From Eledone cirrhosa (taxonomy: Eukaryota): a DNA stretch of 64,000 nucleotides. Shown piece after piece: positions 1 to 18,000 of this stretch. Each line of letters opens with the position of its first letter. Within the stretch, counting starts at the first letter, position 1. Where the stretch lies: contig OZ024740.1 in assembly GCA_964016885.1 (NCBI GenBank), positions 263,066,001 through 263,130,000 on the forward strand. The letters run 5' to 3'. Made by a program: the position numbers and the translations under genes. The notes beneath the pieces are model-generated. The model saw only the letters and a program-made list of their open reading frames with translations. It ran no database searches and was not told the origin of the DNA.

Positions 1-3000
1 TAACAACATCAGTAACAACAACAGTAACAACAACAGTAACAACATCAGTAACAACACCAGTAACAACATCAGTAACAACAACAGTAACAACAACAGTAAC
101 AACAACAGTAACAACATCAGTAACAACATCAGTAATAACAACAGTAACAACAAAAGTAACAACAACAGTAACAACAACAGTAACAACATCAGTAACAACA
201 CCAGTAACAACATCAGTAACAACAACAGTAACAACACCAGTAACAACATCAGGAACAACATCGGTAACAACAACAGTAACAACACCAGTAACAACAACAG
301 TAACAACACCAGTAACAACAACAGTAACAACAACAGTAACAACACCAGTAACAACAACAGTAACAACATCAGTAACAACACCAGTAAAAACAATAGTAAC
401 AACAACAGTAACAACATCAGTAACAACATACGTAACAACACCAGTAACAACAACAGTAACAACAGTAACAACACCAGTAACAACATCAGTAACAACACCA
501 GTAACAACAACAGTAACAACACCAGTAACAACACCAGTAACAACATCAGTAACAACAACAGTAACAACAACAGTAACAACACCAGTAACAACATCAGTAA
601 CAACAACATTAACAACAACAGTAACAACATCAGTAACAACACCAGTAACAACATCAGTAACAACAACAGGAACAACATCAGTAACAACACCAGTAACAAC
701 ATCAGTAACAACAACAATAACAACAACAACAGTAACAACAACAGTAACAACAACAGTAACAACACCAGTAACAACAACAGTAACAACATCAGTAACAACA
801 ACAGTAACAACAACAGTAACAACACCAGTAACAACACCAGGAACAACATCAGTAACAACAACAGTAACAACACCAGTAACAACAACAGTAACAACACCAG
901 TAACAACAACAGTAACAACAACAGTAACAACAACAGTAACAACATCAGTAACAACACCAGTAACAACATCAGTAACAACAACAGTAACAACAACAGTAAC
1001 AACAACAGTAACAACAACAGTAACAACACCAGTAACAACATACGTAACAACACCAGTAACAACACCAGTAACAACAACAGTAACAACACCAGTAACAACA
1101 ACAGTAACAACATCAGTAACAACACCAGTAAAAACAATAGTAACAACAACAGTAACAACATCAGTAACAACATACGTAACAACACCAGTAACAACAACAG
1201 TAACAACAGTAACAACACCAGTAACAACATCAGTAACAACACCAGTAACAACAACAGTAACAACACCAGTAACAACACCAGTAACAACATCAGTAACAAC
1301 AACAGTAACAACAACAGTAACAACACCAGTAACAACATCAGTAACAACAACATTAACAACAACAGTAACAACATCAGTAACAACACCAGTAACAACATCA
1401 GTAACAACAACAGGAACAACATCAGTAACAACACCAGTAACAACATCAGTAACAACAACAATAACAACAACAACAGTAACAACAACAGTAACAACAACAG
1501 TAACAACACCAGTAACAACAACAGTAACAACATCAGTAACAACAACAGTAACAACAACAGTAACAACACCAGTAACAACACCAGGAACAACATCAGTAAC
1601 AACAACAGTAACAACACCAGTAACAACAACAGTAACAACACCAGTAACAACAACAGTAACAACAACAGTAACAACAACAGTAACAACATCAGTAACAACA
1701 CCAGTAACAACATCAGTAACAACAACAGTAACAACAACAGTAACAACAACAGTAACAACAACAGTAACAACACCAGTAACAACATACGTAACAACACCAG
1801 TAACAACACCAGTAACAACAATAGTAACAACACTAACAGCATCAGTAACAACACCAGTAACAACAACAGTAACAACACCAGTAACAACATCAGTAACAAC
1901 ATCAGTAACAACAACAGTAACAACAACAGTAACAACAACAGTAACAACATCAGTAACAACATCAGTAACAACAACAGTAACAACAATAGTAACAACAGTA
2001 ACAACACATGTAACAACACCAGTAACAACATCAGTAACAACACCAGGAACAACATCAGTAACAACACCATTAACAACATCAGTAACAACAACAGTAACAA
2101 CAACAACAACAGTAACAACAACAGTAACAACAACAGTAACAACACCAGTAACAACAACAGTAACAACATCAGTAACAACAACAGTAACAACAACAGTAAC
2201 AACACCAGTAACAACACCAGGAACAACATCAGTAACAACAACAGTAACAACACCAGTAACAACAACAGTAACAACACCAGTAACAACAACAGTAACAACA
2301 ACAGTAACAACAACAGTAACAACATCAGTAACAACACCAGTAACAACAACAGTAACAACAACAGTAACAACAACAGTAACAACAACAGTAACAACACCAG
2401 TAACAGCATACGTAACAACACCAGTAACAACATCGGTAACAACAATAGTAACAAAAAGAGTAACAACATCAGTAACAACACCAGTAACAACAACAGTAAC
2501 AACAATAGTAACAACACCAGTAACAACATCAGTAACAAAAACAGTAACAACAACAGTAACAACAACAGTAACAACAACAGTAACAACACCAGTAACAACA
2601 TACGTAACAACACCAGTAACAACATCAGTAACAACAATAGTAACAACAACAGTAACAACATCAGTAACAACACCAGTAACAACAACAGTAACAACAATAG
2701 TAACAACACCAGTAACAACACCAGTAACAACACCAGTAACAACATCAGTAACAACAACAGTAACAACAACAGTAACAACACCAGTAACAACATCATAACA
2801 ACAACAGTAACAACAACAGTAACAACATCAGTAACAACACCAGTAACAACATCAGTAACAACAACAGTAACAACAACAGTAACAACAACAGTAACAACAT
2901 CAGTAACAACATCAGTAATAACAACAGTAACAACAAAAGTAACAACAACAGTAACAACAACAGTAACAACATCAGTAACAACACCAGTAACAACATCAGT

Positions 3001-6000
3001 AACAACACCAGTAACAACAATACTAACAACAGTAACAACATCAGTAACAACACCAGTAACAACAACAGTAACAACACCAGTAACAACACCAGTAACAACA
3101 TCAGTAACAACAACAGTAACAACAACAGTAACAACACCAGTAACAACAACAGTAACAACAACAGTAACAACAACAGTAACAACAGTAACAACACATGTAA
3201 CAACACCAGTAACAATATCAGTAACAACACCAGGAACAACATCAGTAACAACACCATTAACAACATCAGTAACAACAACAGTAACAACAACAACAACAGT
3301 AACAGCAACAGTAACAACAACAGTAACAACACCAGTAACAACAACAGTAACAACATCAGTAACAACAACAGTAACAACAACAGTAACAACACCAGTAACA
3401 ACACCAGGAACAACACCAGTAACAACAACAGTAACAACACCAGTAACAACAACATTAACAACACCAGTAACAACAACAGTAACAACAACAGTAACAACAA
3501 CAGTAACAACATCAGTAACAACACCAGTAACAACATCAGTAACAACAACAGTAACAACAACAGTAACAACAACAGTAACAACAAAAGTAACAACACCAGT
3601 AACAGCATACGTAACAACACCAGTAACAACATCAGTAACAACAATAGTAACAACAACAGTAACAACATCAGTAACAACACCAGTAACAACAACAGTAACA
3701 ACAATAGTAACAACACCAGTAACAACATCAGTAACAAAAACAGTAACAACAACAGTAACAACAACAGTAACAACAACAGTAACAACACCAGTAACAACAC
3801 CAGTAACAACATACGTAACAACACCAGTAACAACATCAGTAACAACAATAGTAACAACAACAGTAACAACATCAGTAACAACACCAGTAACAACAACAGT
3901 AACAACAATAGTAACAACACCAGTAACAACAACAGTAACAACAACAGTAACAACATCAGTAACAACAACAGTAACAACAACAGTAACAACAACAGTAACA
4001 ACACCAGTAACAACATACGTAACAACACCAGTAACAACACCAGTAAAAACAATAGTAACAACAACATTAACCACATCAGTAACAACATACGTAACAACAC
4101 CAGTAACAACAACAGTAACAACAGTAACAACACCAGTAACAACATCAGTAATAACACCAGTAACAACAACAGTAACAACACCAGTAACAACACCAGTAAC
4201 AACATCAGTAACAACAACAGTAACAACAACAGTAACAACACCAGTAACAACATCAGTAACAACAACAGTAACAACAACAGTAACAACATCAGTAACAACA
4301 CCAGTAACAACATCAGTAACAACAACAGTAACAACAACAGTAACAACAACAGTAACAACATCAGTAACAACATCAGTAATAACAACAGTAACAACAAAAG
4401 TAACAACAACAGTAACAACAACAGTAACAACATCAGTAACAACACCAGTAACAACATCAGTAACAACAACAGTAACAACACCAGTAACAACATCAGGAAC
4501 AACATCGGTAACAACAACAGTAACAACACCAGTAACAACAACAGTAACAACACCAGTAACAACAACAGTAACAACAACAGTAACAACACCAGTAACAACA
4601 ACAGTAACAACATCAGTAACAACACCAGTAAAAACAATAGTAACAACAACAGTAACAACATCAGTAACAACATACGTAACAACACCAGTAACAACAACAG
4701 TAACAACAGTAACAACACCAGTAACAACATCAGTAACAACACCAGTAACAACAACAGTAACAACACCAGTAACAACACCAGTAACAACATCAGTAACAAC
4801 AACAGTAACAACAACAGTAACAACACCAGTAACAACATCAGTAACAACAACATTAACAACAACAGTAACAACATCAGTAACAACACCAGTAACAACATCA
4901 GTAACAACAACAGGAACAACATCAGTAACAACACCAGTAACAACATCAGTAACAACAACAATAACAACAACAACAGTAACAACAACAGTAACAACAACAG
5001 TAACAACACCAGTAACAACAACAGTAACAACATCAGTAACAACAACAGTAACAACAACAGTAACAACACCAGTAACAACACCAGGAACAACATCAGTAAC
5101 AACAACAGTAACAACACCAGTAACAACAACAGTAACAACACCAGTAACAACAACAGTAACAACAACAGTAACAACAACAGTAACAACATCAGTAACAACA
5201 CCAGTAACAACATCAGTAACAACAACAGTAACAACAACAGTAACAACAACAGTAACAACAACAGTAACAACACCAGTAACAACATACGTAACAACACCAG
5301 TAACAACACCAGTAACAACAACAGTAACAACACCAGTAACAACAACAGTAACAACATCAGTAACAACACCAGTAAAAACAATAGTAACAACAACAGTAAC
5401 AACATCAGTAACAACATACGTAACAACACCAGTAACAACAACAGTAACAACAGTAACAACACCAGTAACAACATCAGTAACAACACCAGTAACAACAACA
5501 GTAACAACACCAGTAACAACACCAGTAACAACATCAGTAACAACAACAGTAACAACAACAGTAACAACACCAGTAACAACATCAGTAACAACAACATTAA
5601 CAACAACAGTAACAACATCAGTAACAACACCAGTAACAACATCAGTAACAACAACAGGAACAACATCAGTAACAACACCAGTAACAACATCAGTAACAAC
5701 AACAATAACAACAACAACAGTAACAACAACAGTAACAACAACAGTAACAACACCAGTAACAACAACAGTAACAACATCAGTAACAACAACAGTAACAACA
5801 ACAGTAACAACACCAGTAACAACACCAGGAACAACATCAGTAACAACAACAGTAACAACACCAGTAACAACAACAGTAACAACACCAGTAACAACAACAG
5901 TAACAACAACAGTAACAACAACAGTAACAACATCAGTAACAACACCAGTAACAACATCAGTAACAACAACAGTAACAACAACAGTAACAACAACAGTAAC

Positions 6001-9000
6001 AACAACAGTAACAACACCAGTAACAACATACGTAACAACACCAGTAACAACACCAGTAACAACAATAGTAACAACACTAACAGCATCAGTAACAACACCA
6101 GTAACAACAACAGTAACAACACCAGTAACAACATCAGTAACAACATCAGTAACAACAACAGTAACAACAACAGTAACAACAACAGTAACAACATCAGTAA
6201 CAACATCAGTAACAACAACAGTAACAACAATAGTAACAACAGTAACAACACATGTAACAACACCAGTAACAACATCAGTAACAACACCAGGAACAACATC
6301 AGTAACAACACCATTAACAACATCAGTAACAACAACAGTAACAACAACAACAACAGTAACAACAACAGTAACAACAACAGTAACAACACCAGTAACAACA
6401 ACAGTAACAACATCAGTAACAACAACAGTAACAACAACAGTAACAACACCAGTAACAACACCAGGAACAACATCAGTAACAACAACAGTAACAACACCAG
6501 TAACAACAACAGTAACAACACCAGTAACAACAACAGTAACAACAACAGTAACAACAACAGTAACAACATCAGTAACAACACCAGTAACAACAACAGTAAC
6601 AACAACAGTAACAACAACAGTAACAACAACAGTAACAACACCAGTAACAGCATACGTAACAACACCAGTAACAACATCGGTAACAACAATAGTAACAAAA
6701 AGAGTAACAACATCAGTAACAACACCAGTAACAACAACAGTAACAACAATAGTAACAACACCAGTAACAACATCAGTAACAAAAACAGTAACAACAACAG
6801 TAACAACAACAGTAACAACAACAGTAACAACACCAGTAACAACATACGTAACAACACCAGTAACAACATCAGTAACAACAATAGTAACAACAACAGTAAC
6901 AACATCAGTAACAACACCAGTAACAACAACAGTAACAACAATAGTAACAACACCAGTAACAACACCAGTAACAACACCAGTAACAACATCAGTAACAACA
7001 ACAGTAACAACAACAGTAACAACACCAGTAACAACATCATAACAACAACAGTAACAACAACAGTAACAACATCAGTAACAACACCAGTAACAACATCAGT
7101 AACAACAACAGTAACAACAACAGTAACAACAACAGTAACAACATCAGTAACAACATCAGTAATAACAACAGTAACAACAAAAGTAACAACAACAGTAACA
7201 ACAACAGTAACAACATCAGTAACAACACCAGTAACAACATCAGTAACAACACCAGTAACAACAATACTAACAACAGTAACAACATCAGTAACAACACCAG
7301 TAACAACAACAGTAACAACACCAGTAACAACACCAGTAACAACATCAGTAACAACAACAGTAACAACAACAGTAACAACACCAGTAACAACATCAGTAAC
7401 AACAACAGTAACAACATCAGTAACAACACCAGTAACAACATCAGTAACAACAACAGTAACAACAACAGTAACAACAACAGTAACAACATCAGTAACAACA
7501 TCAGTAACAACAACAGTAACAACAACAGTAACAACAACAGTAACAACAATAGTAACAACAGTAACAACACATGTAACAACACCAGTAACAACAACAGTAA
7601 CAACAACAGTAACAACACCAGTAACAACACCAGGAACAACATCAGTAACAACAACAGTAACAACACCAGTAACAACAACAGTAACAACACCAGTAACAAC
7701 AACAGTAACAACAACAGTAACAACAACAGTAACAACATCAGTAACAACACCAGTAACAACATCAGTAACAACAACAGTAACAACAACAGTAACAACAACA
7801 GTAACAACAACAGTAACAACACCAGTAACAGCATACGTAACAACACCAGTAACAACATCGGTAACAACAATAGTAACAAAAACAGTAACAACATCAGTAA
7901 CAACACCAGTAACAACAACAGTAACAACAATAGTAACAACACCAGTAACAACATCAGTAACAAAAACAGTAACAACAACAGTAACAACAACAGTAACAAC
8001 AACAGTAACAACACCAGTAACAACATACGTAACAACACCAGTAACAACATAAGTAACAACAATAGTAACAACAACAGTAACAACATCAGTAACAACACCA
8101 GTAACAACAACAGTAACAACAATAGTAACAACACCAGTAACAACAACAGTAACAACAACAGTAACAACATCAGTAACAACAACAGTAACAACAACAGTAA
8201 CAACAACAGTAACAACAAAAGTAACAACACCAGTAACAGCATACGTAACAACACCAGTAACAACATCAGTAACAACAATAGTAACAACAACAGTAACAAC
8301 ATCAGTAACAACACCAGTAACAACAACAGTAACAACAATAGTAACAACACCAGTAACAACATCAGTAACAAAAACAGTAACAACAACAGTAACAACAACA
8401 GTAACAACAACAGTAACAACACCAGTAACAACACCAGTAACAACATACGTAACAACACCAGTAACAACATCAGTAACAACAATAGTAACAACAACAGTAA
8501 CAACATCAGTAACAACACCAGTAACAACAACAGTAACAACAATAGTAACAACACCAGTAACAACAACAGTAACAACAACAGTAACAACATCAGTAACAAC
8601 AACAGTAACAACAACAGTAACAACAACAGTAACAACACCAGTAACAACATACGTAACAACACCAGTAACAACACCAGTAAAAACAATAGTAACAACAACA
8701 TTAACCACATCAGTAACAACATACGTAACAACACCAGTAACAACAACAGTAACAACAGTAACAACACCAGTAACAACATCAGTAATAACACCAGTAACAA
8801 CAACAGTAACAACACCAGTAACAACACCAGTAACAACATCAGTAACAACAACAGTAACAACAACAGTAACAACACCAGTAACAACATCAGTAACAACAAC
8901 AGTAACAACAACAGTAACAACATCAGTAACAACACCAGTAACAACATCAGTAACAACAACAGTAACAACAACAGTAACAACAACAGTAACAACATCAGTA

Positions 9001-12000
9001 ACAACATCAGTAATAACAACAGTAACAACAAAAGTAACAACAACAGTAACAACAACAGTAACAACATCAGTAACAACACCAGTAACAACATCAGTAACAA
9101 CAACAGTAACAACACCAGTAACAACATCAGGAACAACATCGGTAACAACAACAGTAACAACACCAGTAACAACAACAGTAACAACACCAGTAACAACAAC
9201 AGTAACAACAACAGTAACAACACCAGTAACAACAACAGTAACAACATCAGTAACAACACCAGTAAAAACAATAGTAACAACAACAGTAACAACATCAGTA
9301 ACAACATACGTAACAACACCAGTAACAACAACAGTAACAACAGTAACAACACCAGTAACAACATCAGCAACAACACCAGTAACAACAACAGTAACAACAC
9401 CAGTAACAACACCAGTAACAACATCAGTAACAACAACAGTAACAACAACAGTAACAACACCAGTAACAACATCAGTAACAACAACATTAACAACAACAGT
9501 AACAACATCAGTAACAACACCAGTAACAACATCAGTAACAACAACAGGAACAACATCAGTAACAACACCAGTAACAACATCAGTAACAACAACAATAACA
9601 ACAACAACAGTAACAACAACAGTAACAACAACAGTAACAACACCAGTAACAACAACAGTAACAACATCAGTAACAACAACAGTAACAACAACAGTAACAA
9701 CACCAGTAACAACACCAGGAACAACATCAGTAACAACAACAGTAACAGCACCAGTAACAACAACAGTAACAACACCAGTAACAACAACAGTAACAACAAC
9801 AGTAACAACAACAGTAACAACATCAGTAACAACACCAGTAACAACATCAGTAACAACAACAGTAACAACAACAGTAACCACAACAGTAACAACAACAGTA
9901 ACAACACCAGTAACAACATACGTAACAACACCAGTAACAACACCAGTAACAACAATAGTAACAACAGTAACAACATCAGTAACAACACCAGTAACAACAA
10001 CAGTAACAACACCAGTAACAACATCAGTAACAACATCAGTAACAACAACAGTAACAACAACAGTAACAACAACAGTAACAACATCAGTAACAACATCAGT
10101 AACAACAACAGTAACAACAATAGTAACAACAGTAACAACACATGTAACAACACTAGTAACAACATCAGTAACAACACCAGGAACAACATCAGTAACAACA
10201 CCATTAACAACATCAGTAACAACAACAGTAACAACAACAACAACAGTAACAACAACAGTAACAACAACAGTAACAACACCAGTAACAACAACAGTAACAA
10301 CATCAGTAACAACAACAGTAACAACAACAGTAACAACACCAGTAACAACACCAGGAACAACATCAGTAACAACAACAGTAACAACACCAGTAACAACAAC
10401 AGTAACAACACCAGTAACAACAACAGTAACAACAACAGTAACAACAACAGTAACAACATCAGTAACAACACCAGTAACAACATCAGTAACAACAACAGTA
10501 ACAACAACAGTAACAACAACAGTAACATCAACAGTAACAACACCAGTAACAGCATACGTAACAACACCAGTAACAACATCGGTAACAACAATAGTAACAA
10601 CAACAGTAACAACATCAGTAACAACACCAGTAACAACAACAGTAACAACAATAGTAACAACACCAGTAACAACACCAGTAACAACACCAGTAACAACATC
10701 AGTAACAACAACAGTAACAACAACAGTAACAACACCAGTAACAACATCATAACAACAACAGTAACAACAACAGTAACAACATCAGTAACAACACCAGTAA
10801 CAACATCAGTAACAACAACAGTAACAACAACAGTAACAGCAACAGTAACAACATCAGTAACAACATCAGTAATAACAACAGTAACAACAAAAGTAACAAC
10901 AACAGTAACAACAACAGTAACAACATCAGTAACAACACCAGTAACAACATCAGTAACAACACCAGTAACAACAATACTAACAACAGTAACAACATCAGTA
11001 ACAACACCAGTAACAACAACAGTAACAACACCAGTAACAACACCAGTAACAACATCAGTAACAACAACAGTAACAACAACAGTAACAACACCAGTAACAA
11101 CATCAGTAACAACAACAGTAACAACATCAGTAACAACACCAGTAACAACATCAGTAACAACAACAGTAACAACAACAGTAACAACAACAGTAACAACATC
11201 AGTAACAACATCAGTAACAACAACAGTAACAACAACAGTAACAACAACAGTAACAACAATAGTAACAACAGTAACAACACATGTAACAACACCAGTAACA
11301 ACAACAGTAACAACAACAGTAACAACACCAGTAACAACACCAGGAACAACATCAGTAACAACAACAGTAACAACACCAGTAACAACAACAGTAACAACAC
11401 CAGTAACAACAACAGTAACAACAACAGTAACAACAACAGTAACAACATCAGTAACAACACCAGTAACAACATCAGTAACAACAACAGTAACAACAACAGT
11501 AACAACAACAGTAACAACAACAGTAACAACACCAGTAACAGCATACGTAACAACACCAGTAACAACATCGGTAACAACAATAGTAACAAAAACAGTAACA
11601 ACATCAGTAACAACACCAGTAACAACAACAGTAACAACAATAGTAACAACACCAGTAACAACATCAGTAACAAAAACAGTAACAACAACAGTAACAACAA
11701 CAGTAACAACAACAGTAACAACACCAGTAACAACATACGTAACAACACCAGTAACAACATCAGTAACAACAATAGTAACAACAACAGTAACAACATCAGT
11801 AACAACACCAGTAACAACAACAGTAACAACAATAGTAACAACACCAGTAACAACAACAGTAACAACAACAGTAACAACATCAGTAACAACAACAGTAACA
11901 ACAACAGTAACAACAACAGTAACAACACCAGTAACAACATACGTAACAACACCAGTAACAACACCAGTAAAAACAATAGTAACAACAACAGTAACAACAC

Positions 12001-15000
12001 CAGTAACAACAACAGTAACAACAGTAACAACACCAGTAACAACATCAGTAACAACACCAGTAACAACAACAGTAACAACACCAGTAACAACACCAGTAAC
12101 AACATACGTAACAACACCAGTAACAACATCAGTAACAACAATAGTAACAACAACAGTAACAATATCAGTAACAACACCAGTAACAACAACAGTAACAACA
12201 CCAGTAACAACATCAGTAACAACATCAGTAACAACAACAGTAACAACATCAGTAACAACATCAGTAACAACAACAGTAACAACACCAGTAACAACACCAG
12301 TAACAACAATAGTAACAACAGTAACAACAACAGTAACAACACCAGTAACAACAACAGTAACAACACCAGTAACAACATCAGTAACAACATCAATAACAAC
12401 AACAGTAACAACATCAGTAACAACACCAGTAACAACAACAGTAACAACACCAGTAACAACACCAGTAACAACATCAGTAACAACAACAGTAACAACAACA
12501 GTAACAACACCAGTAACAACATCAGTAACAACAACAGTAACAACATCAGTAACAACATCAGTAACAACAACAGTAACAACAACAGTAACAACAACAGTAA
12601 CAACAATAGTAACAACAGTAACAACACATGTAACAACACCAGTAACAACATCAGTAACAACACCAGGAACAACATCAGTAACAACACCATTAACAACATC
12701 AGTAACAACAACAGTAACAACAACAACAACAGTAACAACAACAGTAACAACAACAGTAACAACACCAGTAACAACAACAGTAACAACATCAGTAACAACA
12801 ACAGTAACAACAACAGTAACAACACCAGTAACAACACCAGGAACAACATCAGTAACAACAACAGTAACAACACCAGTAACAACAACAGTAACAACACTAG
12901 TAACAACAACAGTAACAACAACAGTAACAACAACAGTAACAACATCAGTAACAACACCAGTAACAACATCAGTAACAACAACAGTAACAACAACAGTAAC
13001 AACAACAGTAACAACACCAGTAACAGCATACGTAACAACACCAGTAACAACATCGGTAACAACAATAGTAACAAAAACAGTAACAACATCAGTAACAACA
13101 CCAGTAACAACAACAGTAACAACAATAGTAACAACACCAGTAACAACATCAGTAACAAAAACAGTAACAACAACAGTAACAACAACAGTAACAACAACAG
13201 TAACAACACCAGTAACAACATACGTAACAACACCAGTAACAACATCAGTAACAACAATAGTAACAACAACAGTAACAACATCAGTAACAACACCAGTAAC
13301 AACAACAGTAACAACAATAGTAACAACACCAGTAACAACAACAGTAACAACAACAGTAACAACACCAGTAACTGCATCAGTAACAACAACAGTAACAACA
13401 ACAGTAACAACACCAGTAACAACATCAGTAACAACAACAGTAACAACAACAGTAACAACATCAGTAACAACACCAGGAACAACATCAGTAACAACACCAG
13501 TAACAACATCAGTAACAACAACAGTAACAACAACAGTAACAACAACAGTAACAACAACAGTAACAACACCAGTAACAGCATACGTAACAACACCAGTAAC
13601 AACATCGGTAATAACAATAGTAACAAAAACAGTAACAACATCAGTAACAACACCAGTAACAACAACAGTAACAACAATAGTAACAACACCAGTAACAACA
13701 TCAGTAACAAAAACAGTAACAACAACAGTAACAACAACAGTAACAACAACAGTAACAACACCAGTAACAACATACGTAACAACACCAGTAACAACATCAG
13801 TAACAACAATAGTAACAACAACAGTAACAACATCAGTAACAACACCAGTAACAACAACAGTAACAACAACAGTAACAACATCAGTAACAACACCAGTAAA
13901 AACAATAGTAACAACAACAGTAACAACATCAGTAACAACATACGTAACAACACCAGTAACAACAACAGTAACAACAGTAACAACACCAGTAACAACATCA
14001 GTAACAACACCAGTAACAACAACAGTAACAACACCAGTAACAACACCAGTAACAACATCAGTAACAACAACAGTAACAACAACAGTAACAACACCAGTAA
14101 CAACATCAGTAACAACAACATTAACAACAACAGTAACAACATCAGTAACAACACCAGTAACAACATCAGTAACAACAACAGGAACAACATCAGTAACAAC
14201 ACCAGTAACAACATCAGTAACAACAACAATAACAACAACAACAGTAACAACAACAGTAACAACAACAGTAACAACACCAGTAACAACAACAGTAACAACA
14301 TCAGTAACAACAACAGTAACAACAACAGTAACAACACCAGTAACAACACCAGGAACAACATCAGTAACAACAACAGTAACAACACCAGTAACAACAACAG
14401 TAACAACACCAGTAACAACAACAGTAACAACAACAGTAACAACAACAGTAACAACATCAGTAACAACACCAGTAACAACATCAGTAACAACAACAGTAAC
14501 AACAACAGTAACAACAACAGTAACAACAACAGTAACAACACCAGTAACAACATACGTAACAACACCAGTAACAACACCAGTAACAACAATAGTAACAACA
14601 CTAACAGCATCAGTAACAACACCAGTAACAACAACAGTAACAACACCAGTAACAACATCAGTAACAACATCAGTAACAACAACAGTAACAACAACAGTAA
14701 CAACAACAGTAACAACATCAGTAACAACATCAGTAACAACAACAGTAACAACAATAGTAACAACAGTAACAACACATGTAACAACACCAGTAACAACATC
14801 AGTAACAACACCAGGAACAACATCAGTAACAACACCATTAACAACATCAGTAACAACAACAGTAACAACAACAACAACAGTAACAACAACAGTAACAACA
14901 ACAGTAACAACACCAGTAACAACAACAGTAACAACATCAGTAACAACAACAGTAACAACAACAGTAACAACACCAGTAACAACACCAGGAACAACATCAG

Positions 15001-18000
15001 TAACAACAACAGTAACAACACCAGTAACAACAACAGTAACAACACCAGTAACAACAACAGTAACAACAACAGTAACAACAACAGTAACAACATCAGTAAC
15101 AACACCAGTAACAACAACAGTAACAACAACAGTAACAACAACAGTAACAACAACAGTAACAACACCAGTAACAGCATACGTAACAACACCAGTAACAACA
15201 TCGGTAACAACAATAGTAACAAAAAGAGTAACAACATCAGTAACAACACCAGTAACAACAACAGTAACAACAATAGTAACAACACCAGTAACAACAACAG
15301 TAACAACAACAGTAACAACACCAGTAACTGCATCAGTAACAACAACAGTAACAACAACAGTAACAACACCAGTAACAACATCAGTAACAACAACAGTAAC
15401 AACAACAGTAACAACATCAGTAACAACACCAGGAACAACATCAGTAACAACACCAGTAACAACATCAGTAACAACAACAGTAACAACAACAGTAACAACA
15501 ACAGTAACAACAACAGTAACAACACCAGTAACAGCATACGTAACAACACCAGTAACAACATCGGTAATAACAATAGTAACAAAAACAGTAACAACATCAG
15601 TAACAACACCAGTAACAACAACAGTAACAACAATAGTAACAACACCAGTAACAACATCAGTAACAAAAACAGTAACAACAACAGTAACAACAACAGTAAC
15701 AACAACAGTAACAACACCAGTAACAACATACGTAACAACACCAGTAACAACATCAGTAACAACAATAGTAACAACAACAGTAACAACATCAGTAACAACA
15801 CCAGTAACAACAACAGTAACAACAACAGTAACAACATCAGTAACAACACCAGTAAAAACAATAGTAACAACAACAGTAACAACATCAGTAACAACATACG
15901 TAACAACACCAGTAACAACAACAGTAACAACAGTAACAACACCAGTAACAACATCAGTAACAACACCAGTAACAACAACAGTAACAACACCAGTAACAAC
16001 ACCAGTAACAACATCAGTAACAACAACAGTAACAACAACAGTAACAACACCAGTAACAACATCAGTAACAACAACATTAACAACAACAGTAACAACATCA
16101 GTAACAACACCAGTAACAACATCAGTAACAACAACAGGAACAACATCAGTAACAACACCAGTAACAACATCAGTAACAACAACAATAACAACAACAACAG
16201 TAACAACAACAGTAACAACAACAGTAACAACACCAGTAACAACAACAGTAACAACATCAGTAACAACAACAGTAACAACAACAGTAACAACACCAGTAAC
16301 AACACCAGGAACAACATCAGTAACAACAACAGTAACAACACCAGTAACAACAACAGTAACAACACCAGTAACAACAACAGTAACAACAACAGTAACAACA
16401 ACAGTAACAACATCAGTAACAACACCAGTAACAACATCAGTAACAACAACAGTAACAACAACAGTAACAACAACAGTAACAACAACAGTAACAACACCAG
16501 TAACAACATACGTAACAACACCAGTAACAACACCAGTAACAACAACAGTAACAACACCAGTAACAACAACAGTAACAACATCAGTAACAACACCAGTAAA
16601 AACAATAGTAACAACAACAGTAACAACATCAGTAACAACATACGTAACAACACCAGTAACAACAACAGTAACAACAGTAACAACACCAGTAACAACATCA
16701 GTAACAACACCAGTAACAACAACAGTAACAACACCAGTAACAACACCAGTAACAACATCAGTAACAACAACAGTAACAACAACAGTAACAACACCAGTAA
16801 CAACATCAGTAACAACAACATTAACAACAACAGTAACAACATCAGTAACAACACCAGTAACAACATCAGTAACAACAACAGGAACAACATCAGTAACAAC
16901 ACCAGTAACAACATCAGTAACAACAACAATAACAACAACAACAGTAACAACAACAGTAACAACAACAGTAACAACACCAGTAACAACAACAGTAACAACA
17001 TCAGTAACAACAACAGTAACAACAACAGTAACAACACCAGTAACAACACCAGGAACAACATCAGTAACAACAACAGTAACAACACCAGTAACAACAACAG
17101 TAACAACACCAGTAACAACAACAGTAACAACAACAGTAACAACAACAGTAACAACATCAGTAACAACACCAGTAACAACATCAGTAACAACAACAGTAAC
17201 AACAACAGTAACAACAACAGTAACAACAACAGTAACAACACCAGTAACAACATACGTAACAACACCAGTAACAACACCAGTAACAACAATAGTAACAACA
17301 CTAACAGCATCAGTAACAACACCAGTAACAACAACAGTAACAACACCAGTAACAACATCAGTAACAACATCAGTAACAACAACAGTAACAACAACAGTAA
17401 CAACAACAGTAACAACATCAGTAACAACATCAGTAACAACAACAGTAACAACAATAGTAACAACAGTAACAACACATGTAACAACACCAGTAACAACATC
17501 AGTAACAACACCAGGAACAACATCAGTAACAACACCATTAACAACATCAGTAACAACAACAGTAACAACAACAACAACAGTAACAACAACAGTAACAACA
17601 ACAGTAACAACACCAGTAACAACAACAGTAACAACATCAGTAACAACAACAGTAACAACAACAGTAACAACACCAGTAACAACACCAGGAACAACATCAG
17701 TAACAACAACAGTAACAACACCAGTAACAACAACAGTAACAACACCAGTAACAACAACAGTAACAACAACAGTAACAACAACAGTAACAACATCAGTAAC
17801 AACACCAGTAACAACAACAGTAACAACAACAGTAACAACAACAGTAACAACAACAGTAACAACACCAGTAACAGCATACGTAACAACACCAGTAACAACA
17901 TCGGTAACAACAATAGTAACAAAAAGAGTAACAACATCAGTAACAACACCAGTAACAACAACAGTAACAACAATAGTAACAACACCAGTAACAACATCAG